Positions 19,443 through 30,500 of a DNA stretch of 64,000 bases are shown here, piece after piece (position 1 is the stretch's first letter; each line of letters starts with the position of its first letter). The translations under genes and the position numbers were made by a program. Below the pieces are notes generated by a model that did no database searches, was not told where the DNA came from, and saw nothing but the letters and a program-made list of their open reading frames with translations. The stretch lies in contig CAWAGQ010000010.1 of assembly GCA_963781585.1 (NCBI GenBank), positions 1-64,000 on the forward strand, given 5' to 3'. Source of the stretch: an uncultured Gemmatimonadaceae bacterium (GTDB taxonomy: Bacteria; Gemmatimonadota; Gemmatimonadetes; Gemmatimonadales; Gemmatimonadaceae).

Positions 19443-20459
19443 TCAGACAGTCGTTGGTTCGAGCATCGCCATCGCAACCTCGTGAATCTGCGCGGCGTCC
19501 AGCTCGCGCATACAACGCCAGTGTCCGAGCGGGCACGCCGCCGGGCCGTGCGCGTGACACGGACGGCAGGACAGGCCGGAGTGACCCACCACGCGCGACG
19601 CCGGAGCGAGCGGGCCGAACCCGAACTCCGGAACGGTCGGTCCGAAGATGGACAACGTGGGGGTTCCGGCTGCCGACGCCAGGTGCTGCGGCGCCGAATC
19701 GTTCGTGACGAGCAGTGCGCAGCGCTCCAACAGAGCGGTCGAAGCAAGGAGCGACAGTTTTCCCGCGGCGTCGATGGCCGTGCCTGCCGTTGCGTCCTGA
19801 ATGGCCCGTGCCAGTTCCGCGTCCTCCGGGGCGCCGATCACCGCCACCCGCGCCATTCCCACGAAGCGTCGAGCGAGCTCGGCGTAGTACGGCCACCGCT
19901 TCGTCGCCCAGACGCTTCCCGGGGCGAGTGCCACGAGTGGTTCGCCACGGTGGCCTGCGGCGCCGAGGAGATCGTCGACCGCCTTCAGGTCCGACGCACC
20001 GGGATAGAGTCGCGGACGCAACGCCTCGGGCGCAACCGCCGCATCGTCACCCACGGCGAGTCGCAGCAAGCGCTCGGCGTGATGGCGGTCCGCTCGAAAA
20101 GGGACACGCCGTGTGTACCACCACCGGCCTGCCGACGTGTCGAATCCGACGCGCGAGCGATATCCGGATGCCAGCGCCAGCAAGGCGGTGCGCACCGAGC
20201 CCTGGGCGCAGTAAGCGACGTTGGTTTTCCCGTCCGTCGCGGCGGCGCGTACGGCGGTCAGGAGTCCTCCGAGCCCCCGGTCGGCACCGCGCTTGTCGTA
20301 GGCGATCCGGCGCCGGATGTGCGGATTGTTGGCCAGGAGCGCCGCTCCGCGCGGTGTGGCCACGACGTCCACCGCCCCCTGTTGCGCAAGGTGCGCGATA
20401 AGCGGTGTGGTGAGCACCACGTCGCCGAGGAATGAAGTCTGGAGAACGAGGGAGGGCAT
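19443..20459 (-). CDS. waaF: LPS heptosyltransferase II (GT9)
   Basis: QTSFLGDVVLTTP, APGSVWATKRW, TNDSAPQHLASA, FGPT, CRPC...CPLGHWRCM. Confidence 0.88.
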   Translation of the reverse strand: MPSLVLQTSFLGDVVLTTPLIAHLAQQGAVDVVATPRGAALLANNPHIRRRIAYDKRGADRGLGGLLTAVRAAATDGKTNVAYCAQGSVRTALLALASGYRSRVGFDTSAGRWWYTRRVPFRADRHHAERLLRLAVGDDAAVAPEALRPRLYPGASDLKAVDDLLGAAGHRGEPLVALAPGSVWATKRWPYYAELARRFVGMARVAVIGAPEDAELARAIQDATAGTAIDAAGKLSLLASTALLERCALLVTNDSAPQHLASAAGTPTLSIFGPTVPEFGFGPLAPASRVVGHSGLSCRPCHAHGPAACPLGHWRCMRELDAAQIHEVAMAMLEPTTV

Positions 20460-20467
20460 GGGTGGGA

Positions 20468-20585
20468 GGCCAAAGGCCATAGGTCACAGGTCATGGGCCA
20501 TGCAGATAGGTAAGGGGCCAAAGGTCATGGGCCCTAGGCCCGACAGAGAGGTCAGAGCTCAGAGTCCCATAGGCCATAGTCTCTA
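20468..20585. repeat. Degenerate heptamer array (GGYCAWR consensus, about 16 units)
   Basis: GGCCAAA GGCCATA GGTCACA GGTCATG GGCCATG ... GGCCAAA GGTCATG GGCCCTA ... GGCCATA. Confidence 0.8.
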
Positions 20586-20735
20586 CGGCGTCCTGTCAAT
20601 CGCGGTCCAGGGGAACTGTGTCCGACTCGGCGGGGAGTCCGTCGGGCCGTCGCGATGGAAAGATGCGTACGGCGGGCAGACGCTTCGGCTGCCGCGACGC
20701 CCGACTCCTATGATTGGGTCTTCGCGGAGTGCCCA

Positions 20736-21098
20736 ATGCGGATTGCGTCCCATAGGGAGCTGGTGGTGTGGCAAAAGGCAATGCGGCTGGCAACCATGTC
20801 GTACGCAATTGCGCGCGCGCTTCCTGAGCAGGAACGATTCGAGTTGGGCCAGCAGATTCGGCGGGCAGCAGCATCGATTCCGGCGAACGTGGCTGAAGGC
20901 AAGGGGAGACGCACGCGAACGGAGTTCGCGCGGTACCTCGCAATCGCTCGCGGCTCAGCGCAGGAGCTCGATACGCTGATTGCTGTGGCCCACGCATGTG
21001 GCTTCGTCCGCGAACACGACGCCGCGGAAGCGGGATTGCTGCTGGTGGAAGTGACGAACATGCTCACGGCAATGTTGCGCCGTCTGGCTCCGTTGTAG
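20736..21098 (+). CDS. Four-helix-bundle protein (23S rRNA intervening-sequence protein / bAvd-like family)
   Basis: HRELVVWQKAM, LPEQERFELGQQIRRAAASIPANVAEG, FARYLAIARGSAQEL; GGAG upstream of ATG 20736. Confidence 0.93.
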   Translation: MRIASHRELVVWQKAMRLATMSYAIARALPEQERFELGQQIRRAAASIPANVAEGKGRRTRTEFARYLAIARGSAQELDTLIAVAHACGFVREHDAAEAGLLLVEVTNMLTAMLRRLAPL

Positions 21099-21107
21099 AT
21101 CCTCGAG

Positions 21108-21177
21108 TTTGGCCTTTGGCCTTTGGCCTTTGGCCTTTGGCCTTTGGCCTTTGGCCTTTGGCCTTTGGCCTTTGGCC
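21108..21177. repeat. Perfect tandem repeat (TTTGGCC)x10
   Basis: Ten exact copies counted; the array overlaps the last base of the lepA stop codon. Confidence 0.97.
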
Positions 21178-22973
21178 TAATCCACCTGAAGTACCGCGAG
21201 AAACGCTTCCTGCGGAATCTCCACCGATCCCACCTGCTTCATCCGCTTCTTCCCTTCCTTCTGCTTCTCCAGGAGCTTGCGCTTGCGGGTAATGTCGCCG
21301 CCGTAGCACTTGGCCAGGACGTCCTTGCGGAGGGCCTTGACGGTGGACCGTGCGATGACCTTGTTGCCGATGGCCGCCTGGATCACCACCTCGAAGAGTT
21401 GCCGCGGAATCAGTTCCTTCAGCTTGTCGGCGATCTTCCTGCCCCACTCGTAGGCCTTGTCGCGGTGGATGATCACCGAGAACGCGTCGACCGGATCACC
21501 GTTTATCAGCATGTCGAGGCGCACCAGGTCGCTTGCCCGATAGTCGGCCGGCTCGTAGTCGAGACCGGCGTAGCCGCGACTGATCGTCTTCAGCCGGTCG
21601 TAGAAATCGAGAATGATCTCACCGAGCGGGAAGTCCCAGTCGAACTCGACGCGGGTGGGATCGAGGTACTTCATGCCGCGGTACGCGCCCCGCCGCTCGT
21701 TGCCTAACGTCATGATCGGTCCGATGTACTCCACCGGTGCCACGATCCGCGCCTTCACGAACGGCTCCTCGATTCGGTCGAGCGATGCCGGTGGCGGCAT
21801 CTTCGACGGGTTCTCGATCAGCTCGCGCGTCCCGTCGGTGCGGAAGGCATGATACTCCACGTTGGGCACCGTGGTCACGAGGCTCAGGTCGAACTCGCGC
21901 TCCAGCCGCTCCTGGACGATCTCCATGTGCAGCAGGCCGAGAAACCCGCACCGGAACCCGAAGCCTAACGCGGTGGACGTCTCGGGCTCGTACCGCAGCG
22001 ACGCGTCGTTGAGCTGGAGCTTGGACAACGCGTCCCGCAACTGCTCGTACTGCTGCGTGTCGGTCGGGTAGATCCCGGCAAAGACCATCGAGTGGACGTC
22101 CTTGTAGCCGGGTAGCGGCACGGTGGCGGGCCGCGCCGCGTCGAAGATCGTGTCACCGGCGCGCGTCTCCTTGACCGATCGCACGTTGGCAACGACGTAC
22201 CCGACCTCTCCCGCCGTGAGACGCTCGCCGCGCACCTGACGCAGCTGCAGGTAGCCGACCTCGGCCACTTCGTACCGTGCGTCGTTCGACCCGAAGCAGA
22301 TCTCCATGCCCGGATGCAGCTCGCCGTCCACCACCCGCACGCTCGGAATGGCCCCTCGATAGCGGTCGTAGTACGAATCGAAGATCAGTGCGCGCAGCGG
22401 CGCCGATGGATCGCCGCGGGGAGGCGGCACGCGCTGCACGATGGCCTCGAGCAGCTCGGGGATCCCCGTCCCCTCCTTGGCGCTCACCATCAGAATCTCG
22501 TCCGGGTTCGCCCCGATCAGGTCGTGGATCTCCTGCTTGCGCCGCTCGGGCTCCGCGCCGGGAAGGTCGATCTTGTTGAGGACCGGCAGAATCTCCAGGC
22601 CGGCGTCGAGCGCCAGAAACATGTTCGACACGGTCTGGGCCTGCACCCCCTGTGAGGCATCGACCACCAGAATGGCTCCCTCACAAGCCGCCAGTGAACG
22701 CGACACCTCGTAGGTGAAGTCCACATGTCCCGGCGTGTCGATCAGATTCAGCTCGTAGGTCTCGCCGTCGCGGGCGACGTGCTGCATGCGAACCGCGTTC
22801 AGCTTGATCGTGATGCCCCGCTCCCGCTCCAGATCGAGCGTGTCCAGCACCTGCTCCTTCATCTCGCGCTTGCCGAGCGTGCCGGTGCTCTCGATGAGCC
22901 GGTCGGCCAGGGTCGACTTGCCGTGGTCGATATGCGCGACGATGCAGAAGTTGCGGATCTGCTCGAGCTTCAA
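21177..22973 (-). CDS. lepA: Translation elongation factor 4
   Basis: [54 protein letters not shown]; probable TTG start. Confidence 0.97.
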   Translation of the reverse strand: MKLEQIRNFCIVAHIDHGKSTLADRLIESTGTLGKREMKEQVLDTLDLERERGITIKLNAVRMQHVARDGETYELNLIDTPGHVDFTYEVSRSLAACEGAILVVDASQGVQAQTVSNMFLALDAGLEILPVLNKIDLPGAEPERRKQEIHDLIGANPDEILMVSAKEGTGIPELLEAIVQRVPPPRGDPSAPLRALIFDSYYDRYRGAIPSVRVVDGELHPGMEICFGSNDARYEVAEVGYLQLRQVRGERLTAGEVGYVVANVRSVKETRAGDTIFDAARPATVPLPGYKDVHSMVFAGIYPTDTQQYEQLRDALSKLQLNDASLRYEPETSTALGFGFRCGFLGLLHMEIVQERLEREFDLSLVTTVPNVEYHAFRTDGTRELIENPSKMPPPASLDRIEEPFVKARIVAPVEYIGPIMTLGNERRGAYRGMKYLDPTRVEFDWDFPLGEIILDFYDRLKTISRGYAGLDYEPADYRASDLVRLDMLINGDPVDAFSVIIHRDKAYEWGRKIADKLKELIPRQLFEVVIQAAIGNKVIARSTVKALRKDVLAKCYGGDITRKRKLLEKQKEGKKRMKQVGSVEIPQEAFLAVLQVD

Positions 22974-23089
22974 GGCAGGGGTCTGGAGCGGGAATCGGCG
23001 GCGCCCGGTCGCGCGAAGGCGCGTCGCATGCCACCCGGGGCTGGAAACATAGCCGTGCACCGGAGTCGGACCAACGCGGGCGGACCCGC

Positions 23090-23126
23090 AAATGCGAAGC
23101 CCCGGACGTCTGCCCGGGGCTTCGCA
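23090..23126 (-). terminator. Intrinsic terminator downstream of the DUF4384-like gene
   Basis: 13-bp perfect stem TGCGAAGCCCCGG/CCGGGGCTTCGCA, followed by TTT on the minus strand. Confidence 0.7.
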
Positions 23127-23150
23127 GGAAGGACGCCGCGCCCGCAGCGC

Positions 23151-24707
23151 TCAGTCGCGCGGCGGTTTCTTTGGCGAGCTGCTGCTGGATCCGGTCGCTG
23201 GAGGAGCACGGGGAGGCGGTGGAGGCGGTTCGCGCACGGCCGGCGGCGGCGACGGCCGCTCGCGGTGGACAACAGGAGCACTCTCCCGCGGGGGCCGCGG
23301 CGTCGCGCTCTGCGTCCGGGGCGACTCTGGTGCGGCGCGCCGGGGCTCCCGCACCGGTGCGGCGCGCGGGGGCTCCCGCACCGGTGCGGCGACGCGTTCC
23401 GGTGGACGAGGTGTGTACGACGGCTGCTTCTCTCTGGCCGGCCGCGACTCCACGCGCGGTGGCGCCGGCGTGGGCACGTGCCGCGCGGGCGCACCCGCGC
23501 TGCGAGGCGGGGACGACGTCTGCGAAGGAGTCATGCCGTCCCGTGAGGGAGTCGTGCGCCCGTTCCGCGCGGGATCATTCGTCCAAGCGGGTCGGGTCGC
23601 GCCTGTCGCGTCGCTGTTCGAGGGACGTGCCGGGGCGGTCGCACGAGGCGCCGGCTCAGACGTGCCGCGCGGGAAGGCGAAGATGCGGCTCCACGTACTG
23701 TCCGCGCCCTGTGCTACTCGACGTCCACCCGCATCCCGCACGGGCTCAGGCGGCTTGAGCCGGCTGTCGTCGTCTCCAATGCGTCCAACGGTATCGGGAT
23801 GCCAGAGGCCTCCCGTCAGCACCTTGGTATTCACGCCCCCGGGGCCACCCGTGATCGGCGGCAGCGTTCGCGGCGGGTTGCCGCCGATTGGACCACGCAC
23901 GACGAATGGGCCGCGGATGTCGAGGCAGGGTCCGTAGAGGCTGTACAGGGAGAAGCCGAAGCAGGAGAAGTTGCCGTAGTAGAAGCCGCCACAGCGATAT
24001 CCATACGGATGGAATCCGAAGCCATTGAACCCCGACCCAAGCAGGTACCGGTCGCCGTCGTCGTACCAGAATCCGCTGTTGGAGTAGCATTGCGAATACG
24101 CGCCCGCGCCGGCGATGAACGGGGCGACTTCCACCGCGTAGTAGTCGATGTCGTAGTCGTACGGCGTGTTGCCGTCGAACAGCACCCAGTTGGCGAACCG
24201 CTCGACGTAGTCCGACGGATCGTAGGCGTAGCGGCGGCTCACTTCCGAAAGCTGACTGGGGAGGCCGATGCGCTCGAAATCCTGGGTCCGGAAGGCGGAC
24301 AGATCGAACGGAGCGTAGGATGCGAGCGCGAATACGAATCCCGTACGGCCCACGTCGGTGGCGTAGAATGCCCCGAACGAGCCGGCGTGCGCGCCGCGAA
24401 CCCGAACCAGCGTGTTGCCGGGTGCGAACGAACTCGCCAGCCGGCTGCGGGGAAAGAGTATCGTTAGGCGGCCGTTGCTGTCCACCCGGCCCACCAGCAC
24501 GTAGGCATCGTCGGATACCTGGAAGTGAACCGGGACCGGTTCGCCATAGTAGAATCCCCGGTACCCGTCTACGAACAGGTTTATCCGGGGGGCATCGTCG
24601 GCCGGTCTCGACCCGCCGCGATCGTTCCAGCGCTGCTCCTGCGCCCGTCCCAACGCGCCCGACAGGGCAACCAGCGCGATTCCGGCAAACAGGGGATTGG
24701 CACGCAT
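23151..24707 (-). CDS. Secreted DUF4384-like protein with Tyr/Gly-rich middle and Pro/Arg-rich tail
   Basis: Signal peptide; YYGEPVPVHFQVSDDAYVLVGRVDSNGRLTILFP; GGAGGT RBS; tail with AAPVREP repeats. Confidence 0.7.
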   Translation of the reverse strand: MRANPLFAGIALVALSGALGRAQEQRWNDRGGSRPADDAPRINLFVDGYRGFYYGEPVPVHFQVSDDAYVLVGRVDSNGRLTILFPRSRLASSFAPGNTLVRVRGAHAGSFGAFYATDVGRTGFVFALASYAPFDLSAFRTQDFERIGLPSQLSEVSRRYAYDPSDYVERFANWVLFDGNTPYDYDIDYYAVEVAPFIAGAGAYSQCYSNSGFWYDDGDRYLLGSGFNGFGFHPYGYRCGGFYYGNFSCFGFSLYSLYGPCLDIRGPFVVRGPIGGNPPRTLPPITGGPGGVNTKVLTGGLWHPDTVGRIGDDDSRLKPPEPVRDAGGRRVAQGADSTWSRIFAFPRGTSEPAPRATAPARPSNSDATGATRPAWTNDPARNGRTTPSRDGMTPSQTSSPPRSAGAPARHVPTPAPPRVESRPAREKQPSYTPRPPERVAAPVREPPRAAPVREPRRAAPESPRTQSATPRPPRESAPVVHRERPSPPPAVREPPPPPPRAPPATGSSSSSPKKPPRD

Positions 24708-24869
24708 CGCAACCTCCGACAGGAGGACCTTCGACGGCGCCTCGCACGCGAGGGCGGTTGGGCGCCTGTTGGCAAGCTAACGGGTTCCCGGGCTGCTGGC
24801 AGAAGATTCTTATCTCCGCTGGTGGACGGTGTTTGACCCGTCCCCACCGCCTCTCTACCTTCCGCCCAT

Positions 24870-25781
24870 ATGGAGACCGCCCGGCGAACACGAGCCGACC
24901 TCATCGACCCCGCTTCCCTCGCCTCGCTCGGCCGAATTGAAATCGTCGCGCGGTGGATCGTCGAAGGATTCCTGACCGGGCTACACCGTTCACCTCGCAA
25001 AGGTTTCTCCGTGGAGTTCGCGGAGTTCCGGCCCTACCAGCCCGGCGACGATCTGCGCTACATCGACTGGAAGATCGTGGCGCGTGCCGACCGCTGGATG
25101 GTCAAGCAGTTCGAGGAGGAAACCAACACCCGCGCCGCCATCGTCCTCGACGTCAGCCGATCGATGGACTGGTCCGGTTCGCCCGCGCGACTCACCAAGC
25201 TGCGCTACGCCGAGCAGATCGTGGCAGCCATCGCGCTCCTGTTGATCCGGCAGCGCGACGCCGTGGGTCTGGTGCGATACGATGATCGCCTGCGCACGGT
25301 GCTTCCGGCCCGGGCCCGGTCGGTTCAATGGCGCAGGATCGTGCGGTCCCTGCTGGACGATGCGGCGGGGAAGGATTCGCAGATGGGAGAGGCAGTGCGG
25401 CAGGCGGCGCGGCTCATTCGTAGGCCCGGCATGGTGATCGTCGTCTCCGATCTGCTGGTCGACGCGTCGGCGATGGAGGAGGCGTTACGCGTGGCGCGCG
25501 CGGTGGGCCATCAGGTGACCGTTCTGCACATCATGGATCCCTCCGAGCGCGACCTCGACACGCCCGGAGAGGCCATCTTCGTCGACCCCGAGACCGATCT
25601 CGAGGTGGCGGCCAACGTCGCCGACGTGCGCACTGCGTATCGCACCACGGTCGAAGAGGCCATCACGCAGTGGCGCCTGCGCCTGGCCGCGATCGGCGCC
25701 GCCTATGAAGTGGTGATGACCGACACGCCGTTCGGCGTGCCCCTTCGTCGCGCCTTCGCTGCCCGACAGCGCATCCTGTGA
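24870..25781 (+). CDS. DUF58 (MoxR-associated vWA-like) protein
   Basis: GLHRSPRKGFSVEFAEFRPYQPGDDLRYIDWK, LDVSRSM, VVSDL. Confidence 0.92.
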   Translation: METARRTRADLIDPASLASLGRIEIVARWIVEGFLTGLHRSPRKGFSVEFAEFRPYQPGDDLRYIDWKIVARADRWMVKQFEEETNTRAAIVLDVSRSMDWSGSPARLTKLRYAEQIVAAIALLLIRQRDAVGLVRYDDRLRTVLPARARSVQWRRIVRSLLDDAAGKDSQMGEAVRQAARLIRRPGMVIVVSDLLVDASAMEEALRVARAVGHQVTVLHIMDPSERDLDTPGEAIFVDPETDLEVAANVADVRTAYRTTVEEAITQWRLRLAAIGAAYEVVMTDTPFGVPLRRAFAARQRIL

Positions 25782-27592
25782 GCTTTCTCGCGCCAATCTG
25801 GCTGGTGTTGTCGGCGGCGATCGCCATTCCGCTGCTGCTGCACCTCATGCGGCGCCACATCGAGACGCGCGTGGAGTTCCCGGCTGCCCGCTACCTGGCC
25901 CGCGCCGAGAAGGAGAACATCCGTCGCCTCAAGCTGCGGAATCTGCTGCTGATGTTGCTGCGTGCTCTCGCGGTGCTGTTTGTCGCGCTCGCCGCAGCCC
26001 GTCCCATCGGCTGGCTGATCGGGGCTGGCCACGTGCCCACCGCCGCCGCGATCGTCCTCGACAACTCGCTCAGTACCGGCGTGATCATCGACGGCGCGCC
26101 CCTGCTCGCCCGGCTCAAGGACGCCGCGCGCTCGGTCGTCGACGAGGCCGGCCCGAGCGACCGCCTCTGGCTCGTGACGGTAGACGGCACCGTGACCGGC
26201 GGGACGAACGGCGTCGTGCGAAGCGCGATCGACCGGGCCGACGCGTTCGGCGGACGAGGCGATCTCACGTCGGCGCTGTCGCGCGCCGCCGGGCTGGTTC
26301 GGGCCTCCGGCCTTCCGTCCGGCGCGGTGCTGGTCGTGTCTGACGGGCAGGCCACCGAGTGGCGTGAAACGGCCTCCTTGGGCGACGTCCGTGTGGTGGC
26401 GCTGGTCCCGGCCACAACCCCTCCCGCCAACCGGGCGATGGCGGCCGCCGAGCCGCGCCCGCCACGCTGGACTCCGCGGGGTACGCTGATCGCCCGGGCG
26501 TCGGGTGCCGATTCGGTGACGTATCGCGTGTCGTTAGGCGACCGGACGCTGGCACGGGGATCGCTGCGGGGCAACGACGAAGCGACTGTTCGGGCCGAAC
26601 CGCCCGAGCGGGGATGGGTGGCCGGCAGCGCGGAGCTGGCGCCGGACGAGTTGCGGGGTGACGACATCCGGTATTTCGCGGTCTGGATCGGACCACCGCC
26701 GTCCGTGCACGTGGACCCCACGGCCGGGGTCTTCGCCCGCAGCGCGGTCGAGGCCCTCGCTCAGACAGACCGCGCGACCATAGGGCAGGGCATCGACCTC
26801 GCTCCGGCTGAAGCCGCCGGCGCGCTGCCCGCGCTCCTGCTGGCTCCCTCCGATCCGGTGCGCCTCGGTGCCGCCAACCGGGCCCTGGAGCGCCTGGGAG
26901 TTCCCTGGCGGTTCGGCGACGCTCGTCGGGACGAGACAGTGGCGCGGGGCGAGGGCGTCGACGGGACAGTGGTATCCCTGCGTTACGCGCTCCGTGCACT
27001 GCCGGGTAGCGCCGGCGACACGCTCGCCACAGTGTCCGGAGAACCATGGATTGTGGCCGGCGACTCGTACGTCCTGATCGCCTCACCGCTCGATCCCGCG
27101 GCGACGTCGCTCCCCATCCACGCCCAGTTTCTCCCATGGCTGGCCGACGTCATCGCACAACGCCTCACGTCCGGTGTGTCGGCGACGATCTACGCGACCC
27201 CCGGCGCCCATCTCACGCTGCCCGCCGAAATCACCGGAATGGAGCGGGACGACGGACAGGTGGCGTCGGCGAGCCCTGCGGCCACCGCTCCGTCGCGCGC
27301 CGGTGTCTACTTCCTGCGGCGCGGTGCCGATCGGGTGGGTGCCGTGATCGTAAATCCGGAATCCGAGGAGTCGGATCTCCGCCGATTGCAGGCGCGGGAG
27401 CTGACAGGCCGTATCCGATCCGCCGAGCTCCAGGTGACCGCTGACGCGGCGCTCTTCCGCCGCGCGGCCTTCAGCGGCGCGGCGCGCCGCCCGCTCCAGA
27501 CGACGCTGCTGGCGCTGGCCCTGGTCTGCCTTTTCGCCGAGATGCTGATCGTCAGGCACCGCGTGACCGAGGGACGACGCCGAGCCGCCTGA
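25778..27592 (+). CDS. BatA N-terminal double-TM / vWA domain membrane protein
   Basis: MSFLAP...IPLLLHL...RNLLLMLLRALA...ARP; LDNSLS; VSDGQ. Confidence 0.85.
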   Translation: MSFLAPIWLVLSAAIAIPLLLHLMRRHIETRVEFPAARYLARAEKENIRRLKLRNLLLMLLRALAVLFVALAAARPIGWLIGAGHVPTAAAIVLDNSLSTGVIIDGAPLLARLKDAARSVVDEAGPSDRLWLVTVDGTVTGGTNGVVRSAIDRADAFGGRGDLTSALSRAAGLVRASGLPSGAVLVVSDGQATEWRETASLGDVRVVALVPATTPPANRAMAAAEPRPPRWTPRGTLIARASGADSVTYRVSLGDRTLARGSLRGNDEATVRAEPPERGWVAGSAELAPDELRGDDIRYFAVWIGPPPSVHVDPTAGVFARSAVEALAQTDRATIGQGIDLAPAEAAGALPALLLAPSDPVRLGAANRALERLGVPWRFGDARRDETVARGEGVDGTVVSLRYALRALPGSAGDTLATVSGEPWIVAGDSYVLIASPLDPAATSLPIHAQFLPWLADVIAQRLTSGVSATIYATPGAHLTLPAEITGMERDDGQVASASPAATAPSRAGVYFLRRGADRVGAVIVNPESEESDLRRLQARELTGRIRSAELQVTADAALFRRAAFSGAARRPLQTTLLALALVCLFAEMLIVRHRVTEGRRRAA

Positions 27593-30500
27593 TGGCATTT
27601 CGTGGCATTGTCGAGGCGTTCGAGGCGTTGCCCGCATTCCACCGGGTGGCGGACTTGCTGCCACCCGCTCACCGGCGCCTCACGGTCGCGGGCCTCGCGG
27701 GCTCGAGCGACGCCGTGCTGGTCGCCGGACTCTCGCGCCGTCTCTCCCACCAGCTCATCGTGGTCGTCACCGATACGGTTGCCGACGCCGAGCGGTGGCT
27801 CGCGGATCTGCAGGTTCTCACCGACAGCGCGGCACTGGCGCTCTACCCCCCGCGCGAGGGGTTCGGGGAGGCCGAGCCGCACGCCGAGGTGGCCGGTGAG
27901 CGCGTAGAAACCATCGAGCGACTCACGCGCGGCGCGGTTCGCGTGCTGCTCACCACGGGGCGCGCGGTCCAGGAGCGCACGCACCTGCCCGTTGCTCTGC
28001 TGCAGTCGCGTCTGGAACTGCGCCGCGGAGACGTGCGCCGTCCGGGCGATCTGGTGGAGCACCTGGAACGCGTGGGCTTCGAGCGCGCGGAAATGGTCGA
28101 GGACGTCTCCCAGTTCTCGGTGCGAGGGGGCATCCTGGACATCTATGGATTCGGCATGGCCGAGCCGGTCCGCCTGGAGTTCTGGGGTGACGAGATCGTT
28201 GCCCTTCGACACTTCGACCTGGTCTCGCAGCGCACCACGCGCGATGCGGAGATGGCGCTCGTCCTTCCGGTCGATACCCTCCCGGCCGACGACGGCGGTG
28301 TGGAGCGACGAACGGTGAGCGAACTCTGGCCGCCGGACACCCTGGTCGTCCTGCCTGACGAGTCGCACCTGGAGCCCGAACTGCGCCGGACCTGGGACGA
28401 GGCACTGCATCACCTGGACGTGGCCCGACGGCGCGGAGAAGAGGTTCCGTCGCGCGACGCGCTCTTCTGTCCGCCTGACGACATCCTCGGATCACTGCGC
28501 GCCTTCGGGACGATAGCCGTCGCCGACCCGGCAACCGCCCCCGAGGCCGTGGTCTTCCCCACGCGTCCGCCCGAACCGATCGGACGCGACATCCGCCTGT
28601 TGCGGCGACTGGTACGCGACGGGATGCCGACCATCATTCTGTGCGACAATGCCGGTCAGGTGGAGCGTCTCGATGAGCTGCTGAACGAGAATGCCTTCGA
28701 TCCCAGTCCGGCGGTGCTGGCGATCGGGGTGTTGAACGGCGGCTTTGTGCTCCCGCCGGTGGCGGGAACGGATCCCGACCGACGCAGCGAGGGCGCGATC
28801 GCGGGGCCCACCGCTGCACCCGATCTGTCCGCGGGCCTGCGCCTGCTCACCGATCACGAGATCTTCCGGCGCGAGCGCCGGCTGAGGCGCGCGCGGCGCT
28901 ACGGGACGGGGGCGGCGCTGGAGACGGTCACCGCGCTCAAACCGGGCGACTACGTGGTCCACCTCGAGCACGGCGTGGGCATCTATCGCGGCATCGAACG
29001 TCTGTTCGTGCGCGAGAGCACGATCGAAGTGGCCGTGATCGAGTACGAGGGCGGCGATCGGTTGAACGTCCCGCTCTATCGTATCGACCAGATCGAGCGA
29101 TATCGCGCGGCGATCGATATGGGAGAGGATGCCGCACCGCCGCGGCTCCACAAGCTCGGCGGACGGCGCTGGAAGCAACAGCGCGATCGCACGGCCGCCG
29201 CCATCCGCGAAATGGCGACCGAGCTGCTCACGCTCTACGCGCGCCGACAGCTTGCTTCGCGCCCGCCGCACGTTCCCGATACGGACTGGCAGCGCCAACT
29301 CGAAGTCATCGTTCCTGTTCGAGGATACCCCCGATCAGCGGAAGGCCACCGAGGACGTGAAGCGCGACATGGAGCAGCCGCAACCCATGGACCGGCTGCT
29401 GGTGGGCGATGTGGGATACGGAAAGACCGAGGTCGCGATCCGGGCGGCCTTCAAGGCGGTGCAGTCGGGGCGCCAGGTGGCGGTCCTCGTGCCGACGACG
29501 ATTCTGGCCGAGCAGCACGCGCGCACGTTCGCCGAGCGCCTGGCCGATTTTCCGGTGCGGGTCGTGACCCTGAGCCGCTTTCTCTCTGGGGCGGAGCAGG
29601 CACAGGTCGCCGCCGCGCTGGCCGCCGGCAAGGCCGACGTGGTCATCGGCACCCACCGGCTGCTGAGCGAGGACGTCGGCTTCAACGCGTTAGGCCTGAT
29701 CGTGGTCGACGAAGAGCACCGTTTCGGAGTGAAGCACAAGGAGCGGCTGAAGCAGCTCAAGCTGGAAACCGACGTGCTCACGCTCACCGCCACTCCGATC
29801 CCGCGCACGCTGCACCTCGCGCTCGCCGGCCTGCGCGACATGACGTCGATGCAAACCCCCCCGCGCGACCGGTCGCCCGTGCTGACCTTCGTGGAGCCCT
29901 GGGACGATGGCCTGATCGAGGAGGGGATCGCGCGCGAGCTCGACCGCGGGGGCCAGGTCTTCTTCGTGCACAATCGCATCGAGACGATCGAGGCAGTGGC
30001 CGACCACGTGCGGCGCCTCGCACCCCGCGCGCGGATCGCCGTGGGCCACGGGCGGATGCGCGAGCGCCAGCTCGAGGACGTGATGCGGAGGTTTGTGAGT
30101 GCCGAGGTCGACGTGCTGGTGTCCACGATGATCGTCGAGTCGGGCCTCGATGTCGCCAACGCGAACACGATGTTCGTGAACCGGGCGGACCAGCTGGGCC
30201 TCGCGCAGCTCTACCAGCTGCGGGGCCGCGTGGGCCGCTCACATCGGCGCGCGTACTGCTACCTCCTGGTGCCGGACACCGTGGACGACGACGCGGAAAT
30301 GCGGCTCCAGGTGCTGGAGCATCATACCGAACTCGGGTCGGGGTATCGCGTGGCGCTCAAGGACCTGGAACTGCGCGGGGCGGGGAACCTGCTTGGTCCG
30401 GAGCAGTCCGGCTTCGTGCACGCGGTGGGATTCGACATGTATCTCAAGATGCTCGAGGACGCGGTGCGTCGGCTGCAACTCGGCGACGATGCTCCGCGCG

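Noticed and set aside
20736..21098. Diversity-generating retroelement suggested by the Avd-like protein
   Set aside because: No reverse transcriptase or TR/VR repeat pair is visible in the window.
21108..21177. Tandem repeat as a CRISPR array or coding repeat (PKAKGQR / LWPLAFG ORFs)
   Set aside because: The 7-bp units have no spacers and no cas genes are present; the ORFs are translation artefacts of the repeat.
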